Assembly: GCA_038231135.1 (NCBI GenBank)
Contig: JBBRLX010000003.1
Coordinates: 128,001-192,000, forward strand
From: Candidatus Eiseniibacteriota bacterium
Lineage (GTDB): Bacteria > Eisenbacteria > RBG-16-71-46
Direction of reading: 5' to 3'
Length of the DNA: 64,000 nt
Of the stretch, positions 38,900 through 48,349 are shown piece by piece. A model generated the notes under the pieces. The model had not been told where the DNA came from. It saw only the letters and a program-made list of their open reading frames with translations, and searched no databases. How positions within the stretch are numbered: the stretch's first letter is position 1; each line of letters starts with the position of its first letter. Both the position numbers and the translations under genes were made by a program.

Positions 38900-41523
38900 G
38901 CAGGCCCCGGGCATCGCAGCCGGATCCCGCGGACGGTGCGCGCCACCCGGCTCCGCCGGGTCCCGCCGCCGCGGAGCCACGCGCGGACGCGGCGGCGACG
39001 ACGCCCGGCATGGCGATCCCCGCCGACCGTCTGATGCCGAAGCAGGATCGCCTCGAGCCGCCGGTGTGGCCCGAAGGCCGCGCCCAGTCGCCGGGCGGCG
39101 GGTTCGCCGTGATCGGCAAGCGCAACCGCAAGATCGAAGGGCTCGCCAAGGTCACGGGCCGCGCCGTGTACGCCGACGACATCACGCTGCCGCGCATGCT
39201 GCATGCCAAGCTCAAGCGCTCGATTCACGCGCACGCGCGCATCGTGTCGATCGACGCCGCCGCCGCGCTCGCGCTGCCGGGTGTGCATGCCGTGATCACC
39301 GGCAAGGACCTGCCGGTCTACTTCGGCATCATCCCGTGGACCGAGGACGAGCAGGCGCTGTGCGAGGACAAGGCGCGCTACGTGGGCGACGCGATCGCCG
39401 CGGTCGCCGCCGACAGCGAGTACCTGGCGGACGAGGCGCTGAAGCTCATCCGGGTGGAATACGACGTGCTGCCCGCCGTCACCGACATCGACACGGCGCT
39501 CGAACACCCGGAGTGGAAGGTGAACGAGCGGGCGCGCGACGGGAACATTTCGAAGCAGGTGCGGCTCGAGTTCGGCGACGTCGACGGCCGGCTCGCGGCG
39601 AGCGACGTGGTGGTGGAGGGCGACTACTGGTACGAGGGCTCGACGCACGCGCCGATCGAACCGCACTGCGCGGTGGCCGAATACGACGCCACCGGTCTCC
39701 TCACCGTGTGGTCGAGCACGCAGGTCGCGCACTACCTGCATCGCGACCTGGCGAAGGTGCTGGGGCTCGCGACCCAGCGCGTACGCGTGATCCAGCCGGT
39801 GGTGGGCGGCGCGTTCGGCGGCAAGAGCGAGCCATTCTCGCTCGAGTTCTGCGCGGCGAAGCTGAGCATGATCACGGGCCGGCCGGTGAAGATCCTGTAC
39901 ACGCGCGAGGAGGTGTTCTACGCCCACCGCGGCCGCCATCCGATGCGCCTCCACTATCGCACCGGCGTCACCCGCGACGGCACGCTCACCGGTGTCGATG
40001 CGCGCATTCACATCGACGGCGGCGCGTATTCGTCGTTCGGCCTCGTCACCACGTATTACTCGGGCCAGCTGCTGACGGCGCCCTACCGCATGCAGGCGTA
40101 CCGCTTCGACTCGACGCGCGTGTTCACGAACAAGCCGTGCTGCGGACCCAAGCGCGGCCACGGCTCGGTGCAGCCGCGGTTCGCGTTCGAATGCCAGATG
40201 GACAAGCTGGCGGAGGCCCTCGGCATGGATCCGATCGAACTGCGCCGCCGGAACTTCCTGGGCGCCAACTCCAGCACCGTCAACGGTATGCGGGTCACGT
40301 CGAACGGATTCCTCGAATGTCTCGATGCGGTCGAGCGCGCATCGCGCTGGGGCGAGCGGCACCGCCGGCTGCCCTACGGCCGCGGGCTCGGCGTTGCCGG
40401 CAGCATGTACATCAGCGGCACCAACTACTGCATCTATCCGAACGAGATGCCGCAGTCGGGCGTGCAGCTCAAGCTCGACCGCAGCGGCCGCGCCACGGTG
40501 TTCTGCGGGTGCTCGGACATCGGGCAGGGCGTGGACTCGGTGCTCGCGTACATCGTGGCCGAGGAGCTGGGGGTGGAGCTGCGCGACATCCGCGTGGTGG
40601 CTGCCGACACCGATCTCACGCCGGTCGATCTGGGCAGCTATTCGAGCCGCGAGACGTTCATGGTCGGCAACGCGTGCCTCGACGCGGCGCGCAAGCTGCG
40701 TCACCAGGTGGCGGAGTCGCTGGCCGAGCGCTGGGGCTGCACGGCGTCCCAGGTGACGCTCGCCGCCGGCGTCGCGTGCTCGACGCGCGACCCCGGCCGC
40801 GAGTGCATGAGCGTGAAGGCGGCGTTTCAGCTCACCGAGGCGCGCCACGGCACACTGGGATCGGTCGGCTGGTACCAGAGCCCCAAGCTCGGTGGCGACT
40901 ATCGTGGTGGCACCATCGGCGCGTCGCCGGCGTATTCGTTCACCGCTCACGTGGCCGAGGTGGCGTGCGACGTGGAGACCGGGCGCGTGCGGGTGGAGAA
41001 GATCTGGATCGCCCACGACTGCGGGCGCGCGCTCAATCCCGTGACGGTCGAGGGCCAGATGGAAGGCAGCGCCTACATGGGCTACGCCGAGGCGCTGCTC
41101 GAGGAGCACACGTTCAAGGCCGCCACCGCCGCCCATGGCGCGGGACTGCACGGTGGTCCGTCGCTGCTCGACTACCGCATCCCCACCTCGCTCGACACGC
41201 CCGCGCTGGAATCGCTGATCGTGGAATCGATCGATCCCGAAGGCCCGTATGGCGCGAAGGAGGCGGGCGAGGGGCCGCTGCATCCCAGTGTGCCCGCGAT
41301 CGCGAACGCGATCCACGACGCGCTCGGTATCCGCTGCGACCGGCTGCCGTTCTCGCCGCCGAGCGTGCTGCGGCTGCTGCGCGCCGGCGATCCGCGCGCG
41401 GCGTGGGAACGCGCGCGCACGTCGGGGGCGGGGACGGCCGCGGCGCCGGGCGCGGTCACACCCGCCGCCGGCACGGCCGCGTCCTCCCGCGCCGGCGGCG
41501 CGAACGGCGGTGGCGGATGCTGA
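38896..41523 (+). CDS. Xanthine dehydrogenase family molybdopterin-binding large subunit (HcrA-like); start may lie at ~39010-39034
   Basis: KVTGRAVYADD, HAPIEPH, VGGAFGGK, RGHG, DIGQG, GSYSSR, EGQMEG, DYRIP and GAKEAGE motifs. Confidence 0.92.
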   Translation: MSRPRASQPDPADGARHPAPPGPAAAEPRADAAATTPGMAIPADRLMPKQDRLEPPVWPEGRAQSPGGGFAVIGKRNRKIEGLAKVTGRAVYADDITLPRMLHAKLKRSIHAHARIVSIDAAAALALPGVHAVITGKDLPVYFGIIPWTEDEQALCEDKARYVGDAIAAVAADSEYLADEALKLIRVEYDVLPAVTDIDTALEHPEWKVNERARDGNISKQVRLEFGDVDGRLAASDVVVEGDYWYEGSTHAPIEPHCAVAEYDATGLLTVWSSTQVAHYLHRDLAKVLGLATQRVRVIQPVVGGAFGGKSEPFSLEFCAAKLSMITGRPVKILYTREEVFYAHRGRHPMRLHYRTGVTRDGTLTGVDARIHIDGGAYSSFGLVTTYYSGQLLTAPYRMQAYRFDSTRVFTNKPCCGPKRGHGSVQPRFAFECQMDKLAEALGMDPIELRRRNFLGANSSTVNGMRVTSNGFLECLDAVERASRWGERHRRLPYGRGLGVAGSMYISGTNYCIYPNEMPQSGVQLKLDRSGRATVFCGCSDIGQGVDSVLAYIVAEELGVELRDIRVVAADTDLTPVDLGSYSSRETFMVGNACLDAARKLRHQVAESLAERWGCTASQVTLAAGVACSTRDPGRECMSVKAAFQLTEARHGTLGSVGWYQSPKLGGDYRGGTIGASPAYSFTAHVAEVACDVETGRVRVEKIWIAHDCGRALNPVTVEGQMEGSAYMGYAEALLEEHTFKAATAAHGAGLHGGPSLLDYRIPTSLDTPALESLIVESIDPEGPYGAKEAGEGPLHPSVPAIANAIHDALGIRCDRLPFSPPSVLRLLRAGDPRAAWERARTSGAGTAAAPGAVTPAAGTAASSRAGGANGGGGC

Positions 41524-42533
41524 CGCTGCCCGCGTTCGAATGGGTGCGCCCGCGCACGCTGGACGAATTGCTCGGCCACCTGTCGCGCCACGGCGACGAG
41601 AGCCTGATCGTCGCCGGCGGGACGGACGCCGTGCCCAACCTCAAGCACCGCCTCCACGAGCCGCGCTATGTGGTTCACATCGCGTCGATTGCCGGGCTCG
41701 ATGCGCTGGGCGAAACGGCGGGCGCGCTCGAGGTCGGGGCACTGGTGCCGCTCGCCCGCATCGCGGCCGATACCAGCGTGCGGCGCGATTTCCCGTCGCT
41801 CGCGCGTGCGGCCTCGCTGGTCGCGGGGCCGCAGCTGCGCAACATGGGCACGGTCGGCGGCAACCTGTGCCTCGACACCCGCTGCACCTACTATAACCAG
41901 ACGCTGTTCTGGCGCGAGGCGCTCGGGTTCTGTCTCAAGAAGAGCGGCACCGTGTGCCACGTGGTGCCCACCGGCAAGCGTTGCGTCGCCGCGCACTCGT
42001 CGGATGTCGCCCCGGTGCTGATCACGCTCGGTGCCGAGGTCGAGATCGCGAGCGCCGCCGGCCGCCGCATGCTGCCCGTGGACGAGTTCTTCGTCGCCGA
42101 CGGCGTGCACAACAACGTGCTCGGGCCGGGCGACGTCGTCACGCGGATCCGGGTGCCCGCAGAGTCGCGCGGCATGCGCGCCGGCTATCAGAAGCTGCGG
42201 CCGCGGGAGGCGATCGACTTTCCGATGCTGTCCGTGGCGTTCGCGGCGCGGATGACGGATGGGGTGTGCGACTCGGCGCGCCTGGTGGTGAGCGCGATCG
42301 CGGCCAAGCCGCGCGTCATCGGCGGTGTCGACGCCGCGGTGCGTGGCCGCGCGATCGACGCGGCGCTCGCGCAGACGCTGGCGGACATGGCGCATCGCCA
42401 GTGTCATCCGCTGATCAACGTGCCCTACGATCAGGACTATCGCCGCGAGATGGTGCCGGTCTACGTGCGCCGCGCGGTGCTCGAAGCCGCCGGCGAATCC
42501 GTGGGCCCCGTGGCGCCGGGAGGCGGAGCATGA
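41517..42533 (+). CDS. Mo-hydroxylase FAD subunit with extra [4Fe-4S] loop (HcrB-like)
   Basis: AGGTD, QLRNMGTVGGNL, then CLDTRCTYYNQ..W....GFCLKK.G.VCHV....KRC. Confidence 0.9.
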   Translation: MLTLPAFEWVRPRTLDELLGHLSRHGDESLIVAGGTDAVPNLKHRLHEPRYVVHIASIAGLDALGETAGALEVGALVPLARIAADTSVRRDFPSLARAASLVAGPQLRNMGTVGGNLCLDTRCTYYNQTLFWREALGFCLKKSGTVCHVVPTGKRCVAAHSSDVAPVLITLGAEVEIASAAGRRMLPVDEFFVADGVHNNVLGPGDVVTRIRVPAESRGMRAGYQKLRPREAIDFPMLSVAFAARMTDGVCDSARLVVSAIAAKPRVIGGVDAAVRGRAIDAALAQTLADMAHRQCHPLINVPYDQDYRREMVPVYVRRAVLEAAGESVGPVAPGGGA

Positions 42534-43405
42534 GCTTCGGCGATCTTCCCGGCCGCACGCGTGACGCCGACGTGTGGGAGGCGCTCGCCGCCTGGCGTGC
42601 CGCGCGGCGGCGGTTCGCGCTCGCGACCGTGGTGGAGTCGCGCGGCTTCACACCGCGCAAGGCCGGTGCCCACATGCTGCTCGCGGACGACGGCGAGACC
42701 GTCGGCACGATCGGCGGGGGCGCGATCGAGCACGCGGTGCTGGAGCGGGCCCGCGCGCTGCTGCACGCGGATCCGGCCGAACGCTCCGACCGTGGCATCG
42801 TGAAGAAGCATCTCACCCAGGAGCTGGGCATGTGCTGCGGCGGCGAGATGTCGGTGTTCATCGAGGTCGTGGAGCCCGCGCCGCGGCTGTGGCTGTTCGG
42901 CGCGGGGTACATCGCCAAGCCGCTGGCCGCGATCGCCGCCGGCTGCGGCTTCGAGGTGACGGTGGTGGACGAGCGGCCCGACTGGCTCACGCCCGAGCGG
43001 TTCCCGACCTCGCGCATCGCGGTGCAGTCAGCCGATGACTTCGCGCGCGCGCTCGACACCGCGGCTGCCGATTACGCGGTCGTGGTGACGCACGATCACG
43101 CGCTCGACCAGCGGCTGGTGCAGGAGCTGCTGCGGCGGCCGCTCAAGTTCCTCGGCATGATTGGCAGCGTGCCCAAGCAGCGGAAGTTCGCGCTGCGGCT
43201 GCGCGCGCGCGGGTTCGCGGACGCCGACATCGCGCGGTTGCGCACGCCGCTCGGCGTGGCGATCGGCGCCGGCACCCCCGAGGAGATTGCGGTCAGCGTG
43301 ATGGCGGAGCTGATCGCCGCGCGCCGTGGCGTGGCGCTCGAGCCGGGCTGGGTGCCGCCCGTGCGGCGCGCCGGCGCGGATGCGACGCCCGCGACGATGG
43401 AGTAG
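42530..43405 (+). CDS. xdhC: XdhC/CoxF Moco-insertion chaperone
   Basis: GTIGGG, GMCCGG, FGAG, THDH, GMIGS, TPLG and PEEIAVS motifs. Confidence 0.9.
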   Translation: MSFGDLPGRTRDADVWEALAAWRAARRRFALATVVESRGFTPRKAGAHMLLADDGETVGTIGGGAIEHAVLERARALLHADPAERSDRGIVKKHLTQELGMCCGGEMSVFIEVVEPAPRLWLFGAGYIAKPLAAIAAGCGFEVTVVDERPDWLTPERFPTSRIAVQSADDFARALDTAAADYAVVVTHDHALDQRLVQELLRRPLKFLGMIGSVPKQRKFALRLRARGFADADIARLRTPLGVAIGAGTPEEIAVSVMAELIAARRGVALEPGWVPPVRRAGADATPATME

Positions 43406-43449
43406 TCTGCGCGCATCGAGACTCGTCGTCGTCATTCAGGGAGGCGCGC

Positions 43450-44118
43450 ATGATCGTCGGAATACTGCTGGCCGCGGGAGCATCGACCCGCATGGGGTCG
43501 CCCAAGGCGCTGGTCGCCACGCGGGACGGCAGCTTCCTGTCGCGGGGCATCCGTCACTTGTGGAGCGCCTGCGATCAGGTGGTCGTCGTGCTCGGTTCCA
43601 ACGCCAGGAAGATCCAGGAATCGGTGGAGCAGGAGTTCGCGACGCTGGTGGAGCGCGGCGAGCTGCACCAGGAACTGGCGGCGGCGCATCGCCACGGCGC
43701 CGAGGGGCTCGAGGTGCACTTCATCGACAATCCCGACTGGCGCAAGGGCATGTACTCGTCGGTGCGGCTTGGCCTCAAGGAGGCGTTGCGCGCGAAGCCC
43801 GCGGCGGTCCTGCTGCTGCCGGTCGACCATCCGATCGTGAAGCCGAAGACCATCGGAGTGCTGTCGGCGATGATCCAGTCCGCGATCACGGCGTGCGCGG
43901 CCAAGGAGCGTGCGGCGTTCGCCTACGCGCTGGTGCCGCGTTATCGCCGCCATCGAGGCCATCCCGTGGCGATGTCGCCGGCGCTGGCCGCCGCGGTGGT
44001 GAAGGACGTGGCCGCGGACAATCTCAGCGACGCGATCCGCAGCCACGCTCGGCTCGTGGGCTATCTCGACGTCACGGACGCGGGCGTGGTCCGCAACGTG
44101 AACCGCCGCGGGGACTGA
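43450..44118 (+). CDS. mocA: MocA-like molybdenum cofactor cytidylyltransferase
   Basis: LLAAGASTRMGSPKAL, NPDW.KGM.SS, PVDHP, GHPV; follows xdhC. Confidence 0.78.
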   Translation: MIVGILLAAGASTRMGSPKALVATRDGSFLSRGIRHLWSACDQVVVVLGSNARKIQESVEQEFATLVERGELHQELAAAHRHGAEGLEVHFIDNPDWRKGMYSSVRLGLKEALRAKPAAVLLLPVDHPIVKPKTIGVLSAMIQSAITACAAKERAAFAYALVPRYRRHRGHPVAMSPALAAAVVKDVAADNLSDAIRSHARLVGYLDVTDAGVVRNVNRRGD

Positions 44119-44173
44119 GGGCAGTCCCGGGGGGCGCCTGGCGCCGGATGCGGGCGAGGCAGCGGAGGCAGGG

Positions 44174-44950
44174 GTGGCGGACGATTGGAACGGCGCGTCG
44201 TACGACCGGCTGTCGGACCCGCAGTTCCGCTGGGGGCTCCAAGTCCTCGACCGGCTGACGCTCGCCGGTGACGAAACCGTGCTGGACGCGGGGTGTGGCA
44301 GCGGGCGCCTCACCGAACGGCTGGCGCAACGGCTGCCCCGCGGCCGCGTGCTGGCGGTCGACCGGTCCGCGAGCATGCTGGCGGCCGCAGCGCAGCGGCT
44401 CGCCGCTCATCGCGATCGCGTTCGTCTGATCGAGGCCGATCTCCAGGCGTTCGTCGCGCCGGAGCCGGTCGACGCGATCTTCAGCACCGCCACGTTCCAC
44501 TGGGTGCTCGATCACGACCGGCTGTTCCGCAACCTGTTCGCATCGCTCGCGCCTGGCGGTCGGCTGGTGGCCCAGTGCGGCGGTGGACCCAACGTGGCCC
44601 GGCTGCACGACCGCGCCTGCCGCTTGATGACCCTCCCCGAGTACGCGCCGCATTTCGGCGGCTGGCGTGAGCCGTGGAGTTTCCAGGATCCGGATTCCAC
44701 CGCGGTGCGCATGCGGCATGCGGGGTTCGTGGACGTGGTCACGGGGCTCGAAGCCCAGCCAACCCCGTTCACCGACGTCGGCAGGTTCCGGGACTTCATC
44801 ACGACGATCGTGCTGCACCACCATCTCGAGCCGCTGCCGGAATCCGCGCGCGCGGGTTTCATCGACAGGCTGGTTGCCGAGGCCGCGACGGATGTCCCAC
44901 CGTTCACGCTCGACTACTGGCGGCTGAACCTGAGCGGGAGGCGGCCGTGA
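44174..44950 (+). CDS. Class I SAM methyltransferase (Tam-like)
   Basis: W....Y, VLDAGCGSG, DAIFSTATFHWV, LAPGGRL. Confidence 0.85.
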   Translation: MADDWNGASYDRLSDPQFRWGLQVLDRLTLAGDETVLDAGCGSGRLTERLAQRLPRGRVLAVDRSASMLAAAAQRLAAHRDRVRLIEADLQAFVAPEPVDAIFSTATFHWVLDHDRLFRNLFASLAPGGRLVAQCGGGPNVARLHDRACRLMTLPEYAPHFGGWREPWSFQDPDSTAVRMRHAGFVDVVTGLEAQPTPFTDVGRFRDFITTIVLHHHLEPLPESARAGFIDRLVAEAATDVPPFTLDYWRLNLSGRRP

Positions 44951-45028
44951 CCCGACTGCGTTCGCGGTGCTTCGCGTGACCGAGCGCCTGCCCGTGATCG
45001 CGACGCCGGTCGCCGGTCGCCTGTCACC

Positions 45029-45883
45029 ATGAAGGAGGGACGCGCCAGCATGACCGCGCGGCGCGTGGCGATGCGCCGCGCCGCGCATCAACTGCTCGAC
45101 CACCCCCGGGTGCTCGAAGACCCGATCGCGCTCCGCATCCTCGATGACGAGAGCCGCAAGGCGGTCGAATCGGACGCCGCGGGCTTCGAGGGCGGCCGGA
45201 TGGCGCCCTATCTGCGCGCGTTCCTCGTGGCCCGCAGCCGGCTCGCGGAGGACGAGCTGGCCGTGGCCGTGGAACGCGGAGTCCGGCAGTACGTGGTGCT
45301 CGGCGCCGGGCTCGACACGTTCGCGTATCGCAATCCCCACGAGGCGAGTGGACTCCATGTGTTCGAAGTCGATCATCCGTCGACGCAGGACTGGAAGCGG
45401 GAGCGGTTGCGGGACTCGGGTCTGGAGATCCCCGCATCGCTCACGTTTGCGCCCGCCGACTTCGAGCACCGCACGCTGTCACAGATCCTCGCCACCGCGG
45501 GGTTCCGGGAGGACGAACCCGGCTGGTTCTCGTGGCTCGGCGTCACGATGTACCTCACTCATGCCGCCGTCCGATCGACGCTGCAGTTCGTGGGCGCGCT
45601 GCCCGCGAACAGCGGGATCGTGTTCGACTACGGCCTCGACCCCCGGCTGCTGAACTTCGCGCAGCGGCTGATCCGCCACGCGATGGCGCAGCGCGTCCGC
45701 GCCGCGGGCGAGCCGTGGCTCAGCGCGTTCGAACCGGCGAAGCTGATCGCGGAACTGCGCACGCTGGGATTCCGCGACACGCAGGATTGGGCGGACACCG
45801 ATCTCAACGCCCGCTACTTCGCCGATCGCAGCGACGGACTGCGCGTGGGTAGTGTCGCGCGTGTGGTGGTGGCGGCGCGGTAG
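45029..45883 (+). CDS. SAM-dependent methyltransferase (LCM/YktD O-methyltransferase family)
   Basis: TA..VA..RA.H, QYVVLGAGLDT, FEVDHP, WLGVTMYL. Confidence 0.88.
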   Translation: MKEGRASMTARRVAMRRAAHQLLDHPRVLEDPIALRILDDESRKAVESDAAGFEGGRMAPYLRAFLVARSRLAEDELAVAVERGVRQYVVLGAGLDTFAYRNPHEASGLHVFEVDHPSTQDWKRERLRDSGLEIPASLTFAPADFEHRTLSQILATAGFREDEPGWFSWLGVTMYLTHAAVRSTLQFVGALPANSGIVFDYGLDPRLLNFAQRLIRHAMAQRVRAAGEPWLSAFEPAKLIAELRTLGFRDTQDWADTDLNARYFADRSDGLRVGSVARVVVAAR

Positions 45884-46296
45884 TCCTTCGGAGCGGCCCT
45901 GCGCCGCCCTCGGACCAGGGCGATCATGAGCCGCGCCGGAATTCGTTCAAGCCATCCCGACATCCGATCGGACTGGAGATGACGGGTGCAAACTGACTGA
46001 ACTCGATGCGAAAAGGTTTCTTACCTGAATCGTATAGCTTCACAATCAGAGGACCCACGATATTCCCGTGCCCCGTGCGGTTGTAGGCCCCGTTTGGCTC
46101 GACTAGTATTCGGGTGTTCGCGAATAGCGGAAGCTAGCTTCGAACGGCACGCGCCACCGAATGGAATCCCTCGTGACGACAGAAATAAACTGCGCAGGCT
46201 GGGGGATCTCAGCCTTGATCGCCGATGACCGCCGAGCCTCGCGGTCGATCGGACTCGCATGAGTCGTAGCCCAGCGTCCGCCGCCAACCGTCGTCC

Positions 46297-46312
46297 GGGG
46301 GGGGGGGGGGGG
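46297..46312 (+). repeat. G16 homopolymer tract
   Basis: 16 consecutive G ending 19 nt upstream of the ATG at 46332. Confidence 0.9.
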
Positions 46313-46331
46313 ACACTATGAGCGCCGTCGT

Positions 46332-46766
46332 ATGAGACGGGCCACTCCGCGCCAGCGGAAATTCGCCGAGCGTCTCATGGCTCAAGAGGCGCGGGATTCC
46401 AGGTCGTCGCGCTCGACGGCGCTCGCGGCGTTTCACGTCTGCGAGAAACTCGGCCCGCCGCTCGCGACCCTCGCGGGGAACATCGGGTTTCGTGCGCTGC
46501 TGTCACGCGCGCTCGCGCTGGCCAGCGACGAGGTCCCGTGGCTGCGCACGGTGCATGTCGAAGACGATGGCTCCCTCGGGGGACTGGATGGACTCGAAGC
46601 GCGCGTGAGCCCCAAGGAACTTGCCGATGGCGAAGTCGTCCTGCTCGCCCATCTGCTCGGATTGCTGCTGGCGTTCATCGGCGAGGACTTGACGCTGCGG
46701 TTGACGCGCGAGGTCTGGCCGAAAGTTTCTCTCTCCGATATGACGGTTGCCAAGAGGAGCTCATGA
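46332..46766 (+). CDS. Small alpha-helical hypothetical protein, KaiC-associated
   Basis: 144-aa ORF with plausible protein composition; its stop overlaps the KaiC-like ATG (ATGA). Confidence 0.75.
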   Translation: MRRATPRQRKFAERLMAQEARDSRSSRSTALAAFHVCEKLGPPLATLAGNIGFRALLSRALALASDEVPWLRTVHVEDDGSLGGLDGLEARVSPKELADGEVVLLAHLLGLLLAFIGEDLTLRLTREVWPKVSLSDMTVAKRSS

Positions 46767-48340
46767 TGAAAAAGCTCGCTGTCGCTGCCAATGGCAAGCC
46801 GCCAGGAACGAAGCCTGTCAAACGATCCGCCAGAGTCGCGATCCACACACTGCCGACGGGCGTGCGCGGCCTCGACGAGATCCTGGGCGGCGGGATTCCG
46901 GAATTCTCGTTCAACATCATCGCGGGCACCCCGGGCTGCGGCAAGACCACGCTGGCACATCAAATCGTGTTCGCCAACGCGACGGCGAAGAATCCCGCGC
47001 TGTATTTCACCGTGCTCGGCGAACCCGCCATGAAGATGCTGCGGTACCAGCAGCAATATACGTTCTTCGATGAGACCAAGCTGGGCAGCGCCGTTCGATT
47101 CATCAACCTGAGCGACCTGGTGATGGAACAGGACCTGAACGCTGTGCTCGCGGAGATCATCAAGCGGGTCACTGCCGCGAATCCCTGCGTCGTCGTGGTG
47201 GATTCGTTCCGCACCGTCGTGCGCAGCGCGAATCCCGATGCGAGCGAACAGGAGATGCAAGCGTTCGTTCAGCGCCTGGCCCAGTTCCTGACCAGCTGGG
47301 AGGCCACGACGTTCCTGGTCGGCGAGTACGTGCCCGAGGAGATGCGTGACAATCCGCTGTTCACGCTCGCCGATGGCCTGTTGTGGCTGTCGCAGATCAC
47401 GGAGCGGAATTCCGTCGTACGCAAGCTGCAGATCATCAAATTGCGCGGGCAGGCATCCACGCCGGGGTTGCACACGTTTCGCATCAATGACAACGGCATG
47501 CAGGCGTTCTCGCGCACACTGGGATTGCACGGTGCCATGCTCAACCCGTTGCGGGGCAAGCGGCGGCTCTCCGTCGGCATTCCCGAGCTGGACAAGATGA
47601 TGAACGGAGGCCTTCGCGAGGGCGACAGCCTGCTCGTGGCCGGGCCCTCCGGGACGGGGAAGTCGGCGCTGGCCACCCAGTTCATCGCCGCGGGGTTGCG
47701 TGCGGGCGAGCCCGCCGTCATGGCGCTGTTCGAAGAACGCCCGCAGGGTTACACGGATCGCGCCGACAGCCTCGGTCTGAAATTGCGGGTCCAGGAGAAG
47801 AAGGGCAAACTTGAACTGCTCTATCTGCGCCCGCTCGATCTGTCGGTGGATCAGATCACCCAGGAGATTCTCGATGCCGTCAAGCGGGTCGGCGCCAGGC
47901 GGCTGGTGATCGATTCGCTGGTCGGCATCGAGATGGCGCTGGCGCCCGGGTTCCGGGCGGACTTCCGGGAGTCGCTCTACCGCCTGATCGTGGCGCTGAC
48001 CGCCGCCGGAGTCACGATCCTCACCACGGTAGAGGTGGAGGATTCGTTCACCGCGCTGCAGCTCAGTCACTACACCGTGTCGTTTCTCACCGATGACATC
48101 ATCCGGCTGCGGTACGTGGAGATCGACGGCCAGCTGCGCAAGGTGATGGTCGTGATCAAGATGCGCGGCGGCAATCACAGCAAGGACATTCGCGAATATG
48201 TCATCACCGACCGGGGCGTCGTGGTCATCCTGCCGCGGACCACGGAGTACAACGGGCTGATCACCGGCATTCCCACGCGTACCGGCCCGCGTGCGACGCA
48301 GGCGGACGAGTCAGCGCCGGAACCGAAGGCGACCCGATAG
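46763..48340 (+). CDS. KaiC-like double RecA-domain ATPase
   Basis: TGVRGLDEILGGG/GTPGCGKT and GIPELDKMMNGG/GPSGTGKS; VVVDS/LVIDS; IIKLRG/VIKMRG; SFLTDDIIRLRYVE. Confidence 0.92.
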   Translation: MMKKLAVAANGKPPGTKPVKRSARVAIHTLPTGVRGLDEILGGGIPEFSFNIIAGTPGCGKTTLAHQIVFANATAKNPALYFTVLGEPAMKMLRYQQQYTFFDETKLGSAVRFINLSDLVMEQDLNAVLAEIIKRVTAANPCVVVVDSFRTVVRSANPDASEQEMQAFVQRLAQFLTSWEATTFLVGEYVPEEMRDNPLFTLADGLLWLSQITERNSVVRKLQIIKLRGQASTPGLHTFRINDNGMQAFSRTLGLHGAMLNPLRGKRRLSVGIPELDKMMNGGLREGDSLLVAGPSGTGKSALATQFIAAGLRAGEPAVMALFEERPQGYTDRADSLGLKLRVQEKKGKLELLYLRPLDLSVDQITQEILDAVKRVGARRLVIDSLVGIEMALAPGFRADFRESLYRLIVALTAAGVTILTTVEVEDSFTALQLSHYTVSFLTDDIIRLRYVEIDGQLRKVMVVIKMRGGNHSKDIREYVITDRGVVVILPRTTEYNGLITGIPTRTGPRATQADESAPEPKATR

Positions 48341-48349
48341 CGGGCGCCC

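Noticed and set aside
45884..46258. Possible ncRNA or riboswitch in the lower-GC intergenic region (small hairpins near 46121-46143 and 46196-46215)
   Set aside because: Only short stems and no recognisable family consensus; promoter DNA is a sufficient explanation.
46763..48340. Calling this a true circadian clock kaiC
   Set aside because: No kaiA or kaiB is adjacent, and the ST phosphosite pair and N-domain EE motif are altered.
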